From contig CAVYTU010000017.1 in assembly GCA_963771465.1 (NCBI GenBank), positions 320,001 to 384,000 of the forward strand: 64,000 nt of DNA, read 5' to 3'. This document shows, one piece after another, positions 9,264-19,481 of this stretch. A program made the position numbers and the translations under genes. Each line of letters opens with the position of its first letter. Positions within the stretch are counted from its first letter, which is position 1. The notes under the pieces were generated by a model. That model did not search any database and had not been told where the DNA came from. It worked only from the letters and a program-made list of their open reading frames with translations. Source of the stretch: an uncultured delta proteobacterium. GTDB lineage: Bacteria > Desulfobacterota > Binatia > UBA9968.

Positions 9264-10436
9264 CTAGCGCAAATTCCCAGTATGACCCAGCGAATATCTT
9301 CCCGGTTGCGGCCAGACCGTGAGACCGTGGGGTTCGCTTTTTACCGGAATCGTTTTTACTTTGCCGCTGGTGGTGTCGATGACGTAAACCGAGTTGTCAT
9401 AACGGCCGGAGAGCCAAAGCTGATTGCCGTCGATACTGACATTGCCCATGTCGGGGCTGCCGCCGCCGGGGATCGGCCAAGTGGCTTCGACTTTGCGCGT
9501 GGCGAAATCAATGACGCTGACGCTGCCTTTGCCCTTGGGCGGGCCATAGACGCGGGCGACACCGCGGTTGGCGACGTAGAGTTTCGTGGCATCGCGGCTT
9601 GGGTAGAGGCCGTGGGTGCCGATGCCGGTCTTGATATGGCCGATCTCGCTGAACTTGTCGCCGTCGATGATGAATACGCCTTCGGCTTTCATGTCCGCGA
9701 CGTAGAACACTTTGCCGTCGGGCGCGATGCGCACGTCTTGCGGCATGCCGCCCTTGGATAATTTTAGATAGCCGACGACTCTCTTTTCGACCAGATCTAT
9801 CTTAGCGAGCGTTTGGGCGAACTCGCAAGTAAATATGACGTAGCGGCCATCGATGGAGAAATCGGCGTGATTGATGCCGGCGCATTGGGGTGTGTCGATG
9901 GAATACTTCATCGCCATGGTCTGGGGATCGCGGAAGTCGAGCCGCTTGCGCGCTTCGGCGACGATGATCGCGGCGTCGCCGTTGGGCGTGAAGTACATGT
10001 TATACGGGTCGTCCACGGGAATATTTTTTCCGGGCTTGCCGGTGATCGGGTCGATGGGCGTGACGCTGCCGTCGGTGCGTCCTTCGGCGTTGTTGTTGAC
10101 CCACAGAGTTTTTAGATCCCAGGACGGCACGACGTGTTGCGGATGGACGCCGACTTTAAACTTGTCGACGACTTTCAACGATTCAGGATCAATAACCCAG
10201 ACGTCGTTGGAACTGCGATTGGGCACGTACACGCGACTCAAATGCTTGGCGACCACCGGGCTCAGCTTGACGGAACGGGTCTCGCTGTAGAGGTTGTTCG
10301 CATCGACCACGGGAGGCATTCCCGGCACGGTTTGGATCGACCTCGCCGCATCGGCGGCGTGACTCAACGGTAGCCAAAGCGAAATCGTTAGAATCAACGC
10401 GGCCAACGCCGTGGAAACAAACTTGCCGTTTTTCAT
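9264..10436 (-). CDS. Secreted YncE/YVTN beta-propeller protein
   Basis: Signal peptide; repeated VYVPNR/LWVNN/FYVAD/LYVANR blades with VSVID motifs. Confidence 0.85.
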   Translation of the reverse strand: MKNGKFVSTALAALILTISLWLPLSHAADAARSIQTVPGMPPVVDANNLYSETRSVKLSPVVAKHLSRVYVPNRSSNDVWVIDPESLKVVDKFKVGVHPQHVVPSWDLKTLWVNNNAEGRTDGSVTPIDPITGKPGKNIPVDDPYNMYFTPNGDAAIIVAEARKRLDFRDPQTMAMKYSIDTPQCAGINHADFSIDGRYVIFTCEFAQTLAKIDLVEKRVVGYLKLSKGGMPQDVRIAPDGKVFYVADMKAEGVFIIDGDKFSEIGHIKTGIGTHGLYPSRDATKLYVANRGVARVYGPPKGKGSVSVIDFATRKVEATWPIPGGGSPDMGNVSIDGNQLWLSGRYDNSVYVIDTTSGKVKTIPVKSEPHGLTVWPQPGRYSLGHTGNLR

Positions 10437-10538
10437 TAAGAAACCTCCGGCGGAATGGAATCACCAGCCGAGGGTGCGGGTCTCGGCTGGTGTTTTGAAT
10501 GTTAGACGAAAATTTCTGAAAATTCGAGAATGGTAAAG

Positions 10539-12851
10539 CTAGGCGGCGCTTTTTTTGTTTTTCTGAATCGCCCAGAAAACATTCTCCGGTTTGAGCGGAA
10601 GGTCGAAAACTCGGATGCCGATGGCGTCGGTGAGGGCGTTGCCGATGGCGGCCGGTGTCGGCGCTAGGCCAGGCTCGCCTAAGCCTTTGGCGCCGTAGGG
10701 ACCTTCGGGTTCGGCGCACTCGACGATGATCGGGATCAGTTCAGGACAGTCGAGCGACGTGACGAGATGATAGTCGAGGAACGACGGGTTGCGCACTTTG
10801 CCGGTGGAGTCGATGACCATCTCTTCGTGCAGCGTCGAACCGATGCCCATGACGACGCCGCCTTCGATCTGCGCTTCGCAATTCAATGGATTGATCGCCT
10901 TGCCGACGTCGTGCGCCGCCGACATTCGCAATACTCGCACGCGGCCGCTCTCTTCATCCACCGAAACTTCCGCCGCTTGAGTGGCGTACATATAAAAGGC
11001 TGAGGCGTGATCGCTGTGGCCGGTTGCCAAGTCCAAATCTTTACCGATTTCGTAAGTGTATGAGGCGTCGCCGCGCACTTCGCCGTTGATGCCGAGCTTG
11101 CGGCGGACGATCTCGCCAATCGGCAGCGCCTGCTGCGGCTGTTCTTTCAACGAGACTTTGCCGTCGCCGTAGTCGAGCTCTTTGACGCCGACTTCCAACA
11201 TCGGGCTGGCTGCTTCCATGATTTGCTCGCGCGCGTGGATCGACGCGCGGCGCACGGCATTGCCCATGTGATAGGTGCTGCGACTGGAAGTCGTCGAGGC
11301 GTCGAAGGGAATAACGTCGGTATCCAGTTGGTGCATATGGACTTTATCCATCGGCACTTTCAATTCTTCAGCGGCGACCTGCGACAAGATCGTGTTGCAG
11401 CCCTGGCCGATTTCCACGGTGCCAGCATAGATCGTCACCTCGCCCTTGGCGTTGACAGTCACGCCGGCAGCCGAAGTGGTTGGCGAGCGGGTCGGTTTTT
11501 GAATGCAGGCGAAGCCTTTGCCGATTTTTTGACCGGGCTTGGCTTGGGTCGTCGGTTTGCCGTAGTCGATCGCTTGGGTGGCTTTGATCAAGGTTTCTTT
11601 TAAGCCGACGGCGTGCAGTTGCTCGCCCCAGTAGGACACATCACCTTCGACGAAAATATTTTTCATGCGAATGTCGATGGGGTCCATGCCCAAGCGGCGC
11701 GCGAGGTCATCCATTTGTTGCTCACCGGCCCAGGCGCCTTGTGGAATGCCGTAGCCACGGTAGGAACCGGCCACCGGTTTGTTGGTGTAAACCGCGTAGC
11801 CGTCGACTTTGACGTGGGGAATTCGATACGGGCCCGGCGCCGGCAAACTGCCGCGGATGCAGACGGTCGGGCTCTTTTCTGCGTAGGCGCCGGCGCCCCA
11901 GTAGATCGTCATCTCGCGCGCCATCAAGGTGCCGTCCTTTTTCGCCCCAATCTTCGAGTACACCACGGCTTCATGGCGCGTCAGCGTGGAGATAAAGGTT
12001 TCTTCGCGATTAAACTTCACGCGCACGGGCCGGCCATGGGTTTGAAAGGCGAGGGCGACGGCGATGGGTTCGACTTTCAAACCGCCCTTGGAGCCGAAGC
12101 CACCGCCCTGGAGCGGATTGATGAAGCGAATTTTTTCCTTGGCCATACCGAGCGCTTCAGTGATTTCGTGGAGCGCGCGAAACGGCGCGTCGTTGGCGAC
12201 CCAGATCGTCAGCCGCCCGGATTCTTTGTCAAACTGCGCGTGCGCCGAGTGCGGCTCCATGGCGGCGTGCTGAATCATCGGCACGAAGTAGCGATCTTCG
12301 AGGATGACATCGGACTCTTTGAATCCCTGCGCCACGTCGCCGGTGCGCAGTTTGAAATGCTCGGCGACATTGGGCATGGCGCCCTGGACGACAAACTCGG
12401 CTTTGCGGTATTTGGCGAAGTCTTCGTGGATCTCGACGCAGCCCGGTTTACAAGCTTCTTGCGGGTCGGTGTAGACCGGCAGATCTTCGTATTCGACTTC
12501 GATCAATTTCACCGCGGCCTGCGCGATGTCCTCGTCTTCCGCGGCCACGGCGGCGACGGGCTCGCCGATGCAGCGCACTTTACCTTGGGCCAAGAACGGT
12601 TTGTCTTTGACCGCTTCCCCGTGGGTCCAGGGCGCGTCGGCGCCGGTAACGACCGCGACCACGCCGGGGAGCGCTTTGGCTTTGGAGGTGTCAATCTTTT
12701 TGATTTTGGCGTGCGCTTTGGTGCTGAACAGGGTTTTACCGTAGAGCATGTTGGGCAGCACGAGATCGTAGCCGTAAACCGCTTGACCGGTAATCTTATC
12801 TTCCGCGTCGACCCGTTGGACTGGTTTGCCGATAACCGTGAGTTCCGCCAT
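10539..12851 (-). CDS. Xanthine dehydrogenase family molybdopterin-binding (large) subunit
   Basis: HAAMEPH, GGGFGSK, YRGYG, EIGQG, QIEGG and AKGLGE motifs. Confidence 0.93.
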   Translation of the reverse strand: MAELTVIGKPVQRVDAEDKITGQAVYGYDLVLPNMLYGKTLFSTKAHAKIKKIDTSKAKALPGVVAVVTGADAPWTHGEAVKDKPFLAQGKVRCIGEPVAAVAAEDEDIAQAAVKLIEVEYEDLPVYTDPQEACKPGCVEIHEDFAKYRKAEFVVQGAMPNVAEHFKLRTGDVAQGFKESDVILEDRYFVPMIQHAAMEPHSAHAQFDKESGRLTIWVANDAPFRALHEITEALGMAKEKIRFINPLQGGGFGSKGGLKVEPIAVALAFQTHGRPVRVKFNREETFISTLTRHEAVVYSKIGAKKDGTLMAREMTIYWGAGAYAEKSPTVCIRGSLPAPGPYRIPHVKVDGYAVYTNKPVAGSYRGYGIPQGAWAGEQQMDDLARRLGMDPIDIRMKNIFVEGDVSYWGEQLHAVGLKETLIKATQAIDYGKPTTQAKPGQKIGKGFACIQKPTRSPTTSAAGVTVNAKGEVTIYAGTVEIGQGCNTILSQVAAEELKVPMDKVHMHQLDTDVIPFDASTTSSRSTYHMGNAVRRASIHAREQIMEAASPMLEVGVKELDYGDGKVSLKEQPQQALPIGEIVRRKLGINGEVRGDASYTYEIGKDLDLATGHSDHASAFYMYATQAAEVSVDEESGRVRVLRMSAAHDVGKAINPLNCEAQIEGGVVMGIGSTLHEEMVIDSTGKVRNPSFLDYHLVTSLDCPELIPIIVECAEPEGPYGAKGLGEPGLAPTPAAIGNALTDAIGIRVFDLPLKPENVFWAIQKNKKSAA

Positions 12852-12868
12852 TTTTAGCTCCTAGAATT

Positions 12869-12983
12869 CGTTCAAGCCGTTCAAAATGTTAAAGCCGTTG
12901 GTAAGATTCGGAGGTTCATTTTTGCAAACCGCTCGGTGAAATTGACGATTTGAACGAATTGAACGGCTTGAACTACTTGAACG
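12869..12983. repeat. Inverted cluster of short TTGAACG-type repeats
   Basis: GTTCAAGCCGTTCAA pairs with TTGAACGGCTTGAAC (15-bp inverted repeat), with extra degenerate copies. Confidence 0.7.
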
Positions 12984-12986
12984 TGT

Positions 12987-13460
12987 TTACTTTGCGCGCA
13001 GTATCTTTGCCGCGTCTTGCACGGCTTGGACGATCTTGGCGTAGCCGGTGCAGCGGCAGAGATTGCCCGACAAGGCGTAGCGAATCTCTTCGTCGCTTGG
13101 ATTCGGATTTTCGTCGAGCAGTGCCTTGGACATCATTAACATTCCCGGCGTACAGTAGCCGCACTGGGCGCCGCCGTCCTGCAAGAATGTTTTTTGAATG
13201 GGATGCAGCTCCGGGCCAATTTTCAATCCTTCAATCGTGACGACGTTAGCACCGTCGAGCTCACCGGAAAGGATCAGGCAGGAATTTACCGGCTTGCCGT
13301 TCATCAGCACCGTACAAGCGCCGCAATCACCGGTGCCGCAGCCTTCCTTGGTGCCGGTCATGCCGATCTCATCGCGCAACAGATCGAGCAGCAGCCGATG
13401 AGTCTGAACTTGGCGGCTCAGGGGGTTGCCGTTGAGAGTGAATTGAATCGTCGTGTTCAT
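12987..13460 (-). CDS. Mo-hydroxylase small 2x[2Fe-2S] subunit (CoxS/XdhC-like)
   Basis: GCGTGDCGAC, QCGYCTPG and NLCRCTGY motifs. Confidence 0.95.
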   Translation of the reverse strand: MNTTIQFTLNGNPLSRQVQTHRLLLDLLRDEIGMTGTKEGCGTGDCGACTVLMNGKPVNSCLILSGELDGANVVTIEGLKIGPELHPIQKTFLQDGGAQCGYCTPGMLMMSKALLDENPNPSDEEIRYALSGNLCRCTGYAKIVQAVQDAAKILRAK

Positions 13461-13529
13461 AAAAACCTCAGCATCAATTGAGTGCCGGGTTTCGGAATCG
13501 GCAACCCAACACTCTATTACTCTACTATT

Positions 13530-14441
13530 CTAATATCTTCGGTCGCGCCGATCGTACCAAGATTGGGCCGGACCGACTGCAGCGTTGAGCAGGGCGCGTT
13601 TAGTCATGGCGCCAACCATGGCGCGCCGGTAATCCGCCGAGGAACGCACGTCGCTAATCGGCTTAGCTTCTTCGGCGGCAAGCTGTCCGACCTTCTCGGC
13701 GAGCGCTTCAGTCAAGACTTGCCCTTCGAGCGCCGCTTCAGCGCGTTTTGCTCTGATCGGTGTCGGCGCTACGGCGCCGAGGACAATCCGCACGCTCGCG
13801 CATTTTTTGTCGCTTGCTGCCAAGTTATAGGCCACGGCGATGCCGACATAGGCGAGATCCATCATCTCGCGTGGTGAGAATTTTATGTACTCGCCGACCA
13901 AGTTCGCAGCGGTTTTTGGGATCGTGATTTCGGTCAAGATTTCATCTGCATTCATCACGCTCTGGCCGGGGCCTTTGAAAAAAGCTTCTAAATCAATCGT
14001 CCGCTCGCCGCCCGTGCTGGCGATTTTCGCTGTGGCATTGAGCGCGATTAGAGCGGGCGCCGTATCGGCTGATGGCGTCGCGTTGGCCATATTGCCGCCG
14101 ATGGTGGCGCGGTTACGAATTTGAATGGAGCCGACTTCGGCGGCGCTCTGCGCTAAGAACGGATATTTTTTCTTAATCAGCGCCGAGGTTTCGATCTCAT
14201 ACATTGTCGTCAACGCGCCCAAGGTGACGGCGCCGTCGCTGTTCTCGCGGATGCCGCTCAGACCGGGCACGCGCTTCAAGTCGACAATATATTTTGGCAG
14301 CAAGCCTTTTTCTTTCATCGCGATGACCAAGTCGGTGCCGCCAGCGAGAAAGCGGCCGCCCGGGCCGTTATCCTTGAGCAGCCGGCTCGCCTCTTGGAGC
14401 GTCGACGGCTGGTAGAATTCAAATGGTTCTGTGCGTTTCAT
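13530..14441 (-). CDS. Mo-hydroxylase FAD-binding (medium) subunit (CoxM-like)
   Basis: LAGGTDL, QIRNRATIGGN and PISDVRSSADYR motifs. Confidence 0.93.
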   Translation of the reverse strand: MKRTEPFEFYQPSTLQEASRLLKDNGPGGRFLAGGTDLVIAMKEKGLLPKYIVDLKRVPGLSGIRENSDGAVTLGALTTMYEIETSALIKKKYPFLAQSAAEVGSIQIRNRATIGGNMANATPSADTAPALIALNATAKIASTGGERTIDLEAFFKGPGQSVMNADEILTEITIPKTAANLVGEYIKFSPREMMDLAYVGIAVAYNLAASDKKCASVRIVLGAVAPTPIRAKRAEAALEGQVLTEALAEKVGQLAAEEAKPISDVRSSADYRRAMVGAMTKRALLNAAVGPAQSWYDRRDRRY

Positions 14442-14449
14442 AAAAGAAT

Positions 14450-14519
14450 AGTGCTGAGTACTGAGCAATGAGTGCTGAGAACCGAGCGGAATTCCACTCA
14501 GGACTCAGCACTCAGTACT
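14450..14519. repeat. Inverted heptamer tandem repeats (GTGCTGA / TCAGCAC)
   Basis: GTGCTGAGTACTGAGCAATGAGTGCTGAG ... CTCAGGACTCAGCACTCAGTACT. Confidence 0.75.
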
Positions 14520-14529
14520 TTTGACTTGA

Positions 14530-15900
14530 TTAAATGATCGGCTTGAGCGCTTTGCCGATCGCTTTGCCGCAGGGTTCGCCGTCCCTCATCTGCACGTGGC
14601 CACGCACGACCGTCAGCACCGGCATGCCTTTGACTTTCCAGCCGTGCCAAGGTGAGGGTTTGTTCTTGCTGTGCAGCTTGTTGACGTCGATGGTGCCTTC
14701 CTTGTCCATGTCGACGACCGTGATGTCGCCGTCGGAGCCCAAACGGATGGCGCCTTTCTTCGGATAGACCTGCCAAACTTTGGCCGGATTCTCAGAAGCG
14801 ACTTTGACATATTGATTGAGCGTCAGGCGGCCCTTGTTCACTTCGGTCAAGATCAGCGGGACGCCGGTTTCGACGCCGCAGAAGCCCGAGATGCAGTCCC
14901 AGATCGCTGGCTTGGTAAGTTTGCCGTAGATGTCCGAGCCTTTCTCATCCAAGGTGTGCGGCGAGTGATCGGTGGCCAGCGTGTCGACGAAGCCTTCGCG
15001 CAGGCCCTGCCAGAGAACTTCGGCGTGATCTTTCGTGCGCACCGGCGGGTTCATCTTCAACAGCGAACCGACATTGTCCATGTCGTTCGGTTCGCGCAGC
15101 AAATAATGCGGTCCGGTTTCCGCAGTGATTCTCATGCCGCGCGCCTTGGCGTCGCGGACCATATAGGCGGCTTGCTTGGAGCTCATGTGGAAGACGTGAA
15201 GCTTGGTGCCGAAGGTTTCGGCGAAGAATATCGCGTGATGCACCGACTCCGCTTCGCAGATATCCGGACGTGAAGCTTCCCAATAGCGCGCTTCGTTTTT
15301 GTTTTCAGTTTTAAGTTTATTAGTGCAGTACGCCATGATCTGGCGGTTTTCGGCATGGATGCCCAAGGGCAACTTCGATTGCGCGATGTAATCGAAGGCT
15401 TCGACGCACATGCCGTCATCAGGGAAGGGCAGGTTGCCAATGGTTTCGCCGAAAAAAATCTTGTAGCCGATGGCGCCGGCAGCGGCCATAGGCAAAATGT
15501 CTTTGGTATTGGTCTGGACGACTACGCCGGTGATGCCGAAATCGACCAGCGACCGCGCTTCGCCGAGTTCCTTCTTCACTTTGACTTGCTCGGCATCGGC
15601 GGTCGGCGGCACGGTGTTTGGCATGTCGACAACAGTAGTGATGCCGCCGCAGACGGCCGCGGTGGAGCCGGTGTTGAAATCTTCTTTGTGGGTCATGCCC
15701 GGTTCTCTGAAGTGAACGTGGCCGTCGAACAAGCCCGGTAAGATATGTTTGCCTTTGACGTCGATGACCTCTTTGCCCTGCGGTAGCGAATCGTCGTCAC
15801 CGATGGCGACGATCACTTCGTTGCTGATCGCCACGCCGCCCTTAAATGTTGCATCGGGTGTCACCACCCAACCGCCTTTGATAACTAAATCTGCTGCCAT
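14530..15900 (-). CDS. Cyclic amidohydrolase (allantoinase/dihydroorotase family)
   Basis: DGHVHFREPG, DMPNTVP, carbamylated-Lys GYKIF, KMNPPVR and ATDHSPH motifs. Confidence 0.88.
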   Translation of the reverse strand: MAADLVIKGGWVVTPDATFKGGVAISNEVIVAIGDDDSLPQGKEVIDVKGKHILPGLFDGHVHFREPGMTHKEDFNTGSTAAVCGGITTVVDMPNTVPPTADAEQVKVKKELGEARSLVDFGITGVVVQTNTKDILPMAAAGAIGYKIFFGETIGNLPFPDDGMCVEAFDYIAQSKLPLGIHAENRQIMAYCTNKLKTENKNEARYWEASRPDICEAESVHHAIFFAETFGTKLHVFHMSSKQAAYMVRDAKARGMRITAETGPHYLLREPNDMDNVGSLLKMNPPVRTKDHAEVLWQGLREGFVDTLATDHSPHTLDEKGSDIYGKLTKPAIWDCISGFCGVETGVPLILTEVNKGRLTLNQYVKVASENPAKVWQVYPKKGAIRLGSDGDITVVDMDKEGTIDVNKLHSKNKPSPWHGWKVKGMPVLTVVRGHVQMRDGEPCGKAIGKALKPII

Positions 15901-15931
15901 AATTCTCCCTTTCGTCTTATGTTTTTTCGTC

Positions 15932-16654
15932 TTAATTTATCGCATCGATGGGTCTAAGTTCACGGATCGCCTGGCGCCGCTTGAGGTCGGCCATGACGTT
16001 TTGCTTACCGGCTTGAATGTGGCTCCGCACGATGGCGACCGCCTCGGCGCCATCGCGCCGCTCCATCGCGGCCAAAAGCCTTAAATGTTCCTGGTGTGCC
16101 GTCGTACCGCGAGCGGAATCGTAAATGCCGTCGGTGCGCCGCTTCAAAACGATGCGCTCGAAGACGTGGCTCAACGTGTTTTTCAAGGTTTCATTGCCGC
16201 TCATCTGAGCGATCGCTAGATGCACTTCTTGATCGTATACCAGACGCTCGCGGGTGAAGCGGTTTTCCACGTCGCGGCCATAGGAATGCACCTTGTTTTT
16301 GAGCTGATCGAGCGCGCTGTCAGTCAAACTTTCAATCGCTTTTTCCACTGCGAATGCTTCCAGCGCTTCACGCAGTTCGTAAAGCTCTTCGGCCTCTTGC
16401 ATTCTAATTTCTTTGCAGGTAAAACCCCGATTCGGTAGAAAGGAAACGTAACCTTCCTGCACCAATCGAGTCAATGCTTCGCGCACCGGAGTGCGACTAA
16501 CGCCGAGACGTTCACTGAGTTGTTGGTGGTTGAGTTTCTGTCCTGGCATTATTTCGTTGCACAGAATCAGATGTTTAATTTGGTTATAAACGCGAGTCGA
16601 TAGATTTTCGCTGACGCGCGTTTTGGTTTTCGATGTTTTGAGCGGGTACGACAT
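15932..16654 (-). CDS. GntR family (FCD) transcriptional regulator
   Basis: wHTH LSERLGVSRTPVREAL; FCD domain ELYELREALE...HQEH; ATG 16654 chosen because the longer start overlaps a palindrome. Confidence 0.92.
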   Translation of the reverse strand: MSYPLKTSKTKTRVSENLSTRVYNQIKHLILCNEIMPGQKLNHQQLSERLGVSRTPVREALTRLVQEGYVSFLPNRGFTCKEIRMQEAEELYELREALEAFAVEKAIESLTDSALDQLKNKVHSYGRDVENRFTRERLVYDQEVHLAIAQMSGNETLKNTLSHVFERIVLKRRTDGIYDSARGTTAHQEHLRLLAAMERRDGAEAVAIVRSHIQAGKQNVMADLKRRQAIRELRPIDAIN

Positions 16655-16665
16655 CAGAGGGTAAA

Positions 16666-16687
16666 TTGCATAAACAATTTTATGCAA
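16666..16687. promoter_or_regulatory. Candidate GntR operator palindrome
   Basis: TTGCATAAA-CAAT-TTTATGCAA perfect 9-bp inverted repeat between the divergent gntR and ABC operons. Confidence 0.6.
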
Positions 16688-16873
16688 CGGAGCGAAAATT
16701 ATCCGAATCAGTGGTGGTTGTCAACGAAGGCAGTTTTTTTTCACTTGAAAAATCAAGGGAAAATGATAAGTAGCATGCGGCTCGGACGTTTGGCCGAGGC
16801 TCGATAGACATTTTCAAATGTCGATCTCGATAGGCAATTAAATTTTTTCGAGCGGTCATCTCAAGGAGGCATT

Positions 16874-17689
16874 GTGGCACAGACCAAGTTACAGGCGGTG
16901 GGATTGAGACACGAGTACTATCAGCCGAGAACCGGCGGTAGGCTTCTGGCGCTGGACCAGATTAATCTCGAAGTCAACGATGGTGAGTTCGTCACCATCG
17001 TCGGACCCAGCGGTTGCGGCAAGACCACTTTCATAAACCTATGCGATGGATTACTCAAACCGACGGCGGGGCATATCACGATCGACGGCAAGGTGGTGAC
17101 CGGCCCGGGCATCGACCGCGGCATGGTGTTTCAGGATTCCTGCTTGATGCCGTGGCGCACGGTGTTTAAGAACGTGATCTTCGGTCTCGAGTGTCAAGGA
17201 CTCGATCAAGGCGACGGCGCCGAGCGCGCAAAAAAATTCATCAAGCTGGTTGGCCTGCAAGGTTTTGAAGAACATTATCCGCACGAGCTTTCCGGCGGCA
17301 TGCAGCAGCGCTGCAACCTGGCGCGGGCGTTGACCGTCGATCCAGAAATTCTAATCATGGACGAGCCGTTCGCTGCTCTCGATGCGCAGACCCGCGAGAT
17401 TATGCAGTCGGAACTGCTGCGGATTTGGAGAGAATCCGGCAAGACCGTGCTTTTCATCACCCATCAGATCAACGAGGCGATTTATCTCGCCGATCGTGTC
17501 ATCGTTTTCGGCGCACGGCCGGGCCGGGTGAAAAAAATGATTTCCATCGATCTGCCGCGCCCACGCGATCTGTCGATCAAACGGGATCCGAAATTTCTCG
17601 AATACGAAGACCAGCTTTGGAGCTTGATCGAAGAAGAAGTTAAAAAGACCATGATCCAAGACCAAGTCGTGCACAACATCGATAAATAA
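16874..17689 (+). CDS. ABC transporter ATP-binding protein (NitT/TauT type)
   Basis: GPSGCGKTT, LSGGMQQR, MDEPFAALDAQTR and FITH motifs. Confidence 0.92.
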   Translation: MAQTKLQAVGLRHEYYQPRTGGRLLALDQINLEVNDGEFVTIVGPSGCGKTTFINLCDGLLKPTAGHITIDGKVVTGPGIDRGMVFQDSCLMPWRTVFKNVIFGLECQGLDQGDGAERAKKFIKLVGLQGFEEHYPHELSGGMQQRCNLARALTVDPEILIMDEPFAALDAQTREIMQSELLRIWRESGKTVLFITHQINEAIYLADRVIVFGARPGRVKKMISIDLPRPRDLSIKRDPKFLEYEDQLWSLIEEEVKKTMIQDQVVHNIDK

Positions 17690-17724
17690 GGTGATCGACC
17701 TGACCGTTATAGATAGGCATTAAT

Positions 17725-19419
17725 ATGGGGAATCGTTTCAGTTCCCAGTCTTTAATTCTCGTCGGCTGCACGCTTTTTGTCCTCTACCTCGCTGGGATTC
17801 CGCTTGTAATGCTGCTTTACGGCAGCATAAGAAGCGCTCCCATCGGCGAACCCGGCGCGCATTTCACTATTGCGAATTACATCAAGGCGTACGTCGACAA
17901 GGAATTCTATCTTCTCTTGCTGAATTCCGTCTACTACGCGATTGGCACCTGCACGCTGACATTTTTAATCGGCACTTTTCTCGCTTGGGTCAGTGAGCGG
18001 ACGAACACGCCGTTCAAGAAACTGTTCGTCGTCATGTCGCTGATCCCATTTATCATACCCGGGATCCTCAGCACGATCTCGTGGATACTCCTGCTGAGCC
18101 CGAAAATCGGGCTCATTAACATTGTCGTCAAGGGGGCGCTCGGCCTCGAATCGGCGCCGTTCAACGTGTACTCCATGTGGGGCATGATCTGGGCGGAATC
18201 CATCCATCTTTATCCGTTGGTATTTTTGTTGATGTCGGCGGCGTTCCGCAACATGGACACGTCACTGGAGGAGGCGGCGCTGACGGCGGGCTCCAGCACC
18301 TTTCAGACATTTCGCAAGGTTACGCTCCCGCTCATGCGCCCGGCGATGGTCAGCGTACTATTGATTAACTTCATCCGCGGAATCGAAGCATTCGAGGTCC
18401 CGGCTTTGATCGGCGTGCCGGCTAAGATATCGGTTTTTACCACCAAGATTTTTCTTGCGATTCATCAGTTCCCTTCTGACTTTGGGCTGGCTGGCGCTTA
18501 CGCGGTGACACTCTTGTTCATTAGCACGACGGGCGTCCTTATCTACGGCAGGATCACCCGGCGCGAAGAGCGCTACGCAACCGTGACCGGTAAAGGGTAT
18601 CGCCCCCGCGTTATCGATCTCGGCAATTGGAAATATCTGACATTGGGCATAGCGATTCTAATCTTTTTGCTGGCAGTGATACTGCCGATTTTCGTTCTGC
18701 TCTGGTCTTCGTTTATCCCTTACTATGGCGTCCCGTCAATGGAGCTTGCGGCGAAAATGACTTGGGCCAATTATGTTTACATCCTCAATTATCCGCTCGC
18801 CGCGACTGCGTTCAAAAATAGCTTTTATCTGTCGGTGGGCTCGGCCACGTTAGTCATGTTGCTCACGTCGGTCATTGCGTGGATCACCGTCAAAACTAAA
18901 CTTCCAGGCCGGGCGTTTCTCGACACAATGTGTTTTATCCCGATCGCCATGCCCGGAATCGTGCTCGGCGTTAGTCTGATCTGGGTCTATCTTACCTTGC
19001 CGATCCCGATCTACGGTACGATATGGGTTTTGCTGCTGGCGTACATGACGAAGTACATTCCTTACGGCATTCGCGCGGCGTCGGCGTCGATGATTCAGAT
19101 CAATAAGGAATTGGAAGAGGCGTCATTTACCGCCGGCGGCACCTGGTTTCAAACCTTCCGCAAAATAATCTTACCGCTGTTGATGCCGGGATTTACCGCT
19201 GGCTGGATTTATATCAGCATTATCGCTCTGCGCGAGTTGTCGACCTCGATCTTGCTGTATTCCTATAACAGTACGGTGCTTTCGATCATGGCTTTCGACC
19301 TTTGGGAAGGCGGGCAATACACCTACGTTTGTGCGTTAGGTGTAATGATGGTGCTGCTGCTCGTCACCATGGCGGCCATCGCGCGCAAGCTTGGCGCTAA
19401 GATCGGTATCGCTGAATAA
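17725..19419 (+). CDS. ABC transporter permease, fused two-domain (FbpB/ThiP type)
   Basis: Multiple TM helices with two EAA loops (LEEAALTAG, LEEASFTAG). Confidence 0.9.
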   Translation: MGNRFSSQSLILVGCTLFVLYLAGIPLVMLLYGSIRSAPIGEPGAHFTIANYIKAYVDKEFYLLLLNSVYYAIGTCTLTFLIGTFLAWVSERTNTPFKKLFVVMSLIPFIIPGILSTISWILLLSPKIGLINIVVKGALGLESAPFNVYSMWGMIWAESIHLYPLVFLLMSAAFRNMDTSLEEAALTAGSSTFQTFRKVTLPLMRPAMVSVLLINFIRGIEAFEVPALIGVPAKISVFTTKIFLAIHQFPSDFGLAGAYAVTLLFISTTGVLIYGRITRREERYATVTGKGYRPRVIDLGNWKYLTLGIAILIFLLAVILPIFVLLWSSFIPYYGVPSMELAAKMTWANYVYILNYPLAATAFKNSFYLSVGSATLVMLLTSVIAWITVKTKLPGRAFLDTMCFIPIAMPGIVLGVSLIWVYLTLPIPIYGTIWVLLLAYMTKYIPYGIRAASASMIQINKELEEASFTAGGTWFQTFRKIILPLLMPGFTAGWIYISIIALRELSTSILLYSYNSTVLSIMAFDLWEGGQYTYVCALGVMMVLLLVTMAAIARKLGAKIGIAE

Positions 19420-19481
19420 TCACTCGAAAATCAGTTTCTACGGCTGCGCTCGCGGGCGTTGGCTTCGGAAGGGGAAGAAAA

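Noticed and set aside
10502-10529. Fourth ECF promoter upstream of the YncE gene (GTCTAA on the minus strand)
   Set aside because: The -10 matches but there is no AAC at the spacing seen in the other three; GTCTAA at 57790 and 44900 fail the same way.
11613-12857. Long antisense ORFs (e.g. 414 aa here, 281 aa at 41-886, 270 aa at 42199-43011)
   Set aside because: They shadow well-supported genes on the opposite strand, as expected with GC-rich codon bias, and carry no motifs.
10539-14441. Aerobic CO dehydrogenase (coxMSL)
   Set aside because: Gene order fits, but the large subunit lacks the AYxCSFR active-site loop (it has GSYRGYG) and no cox accessory genes are present.
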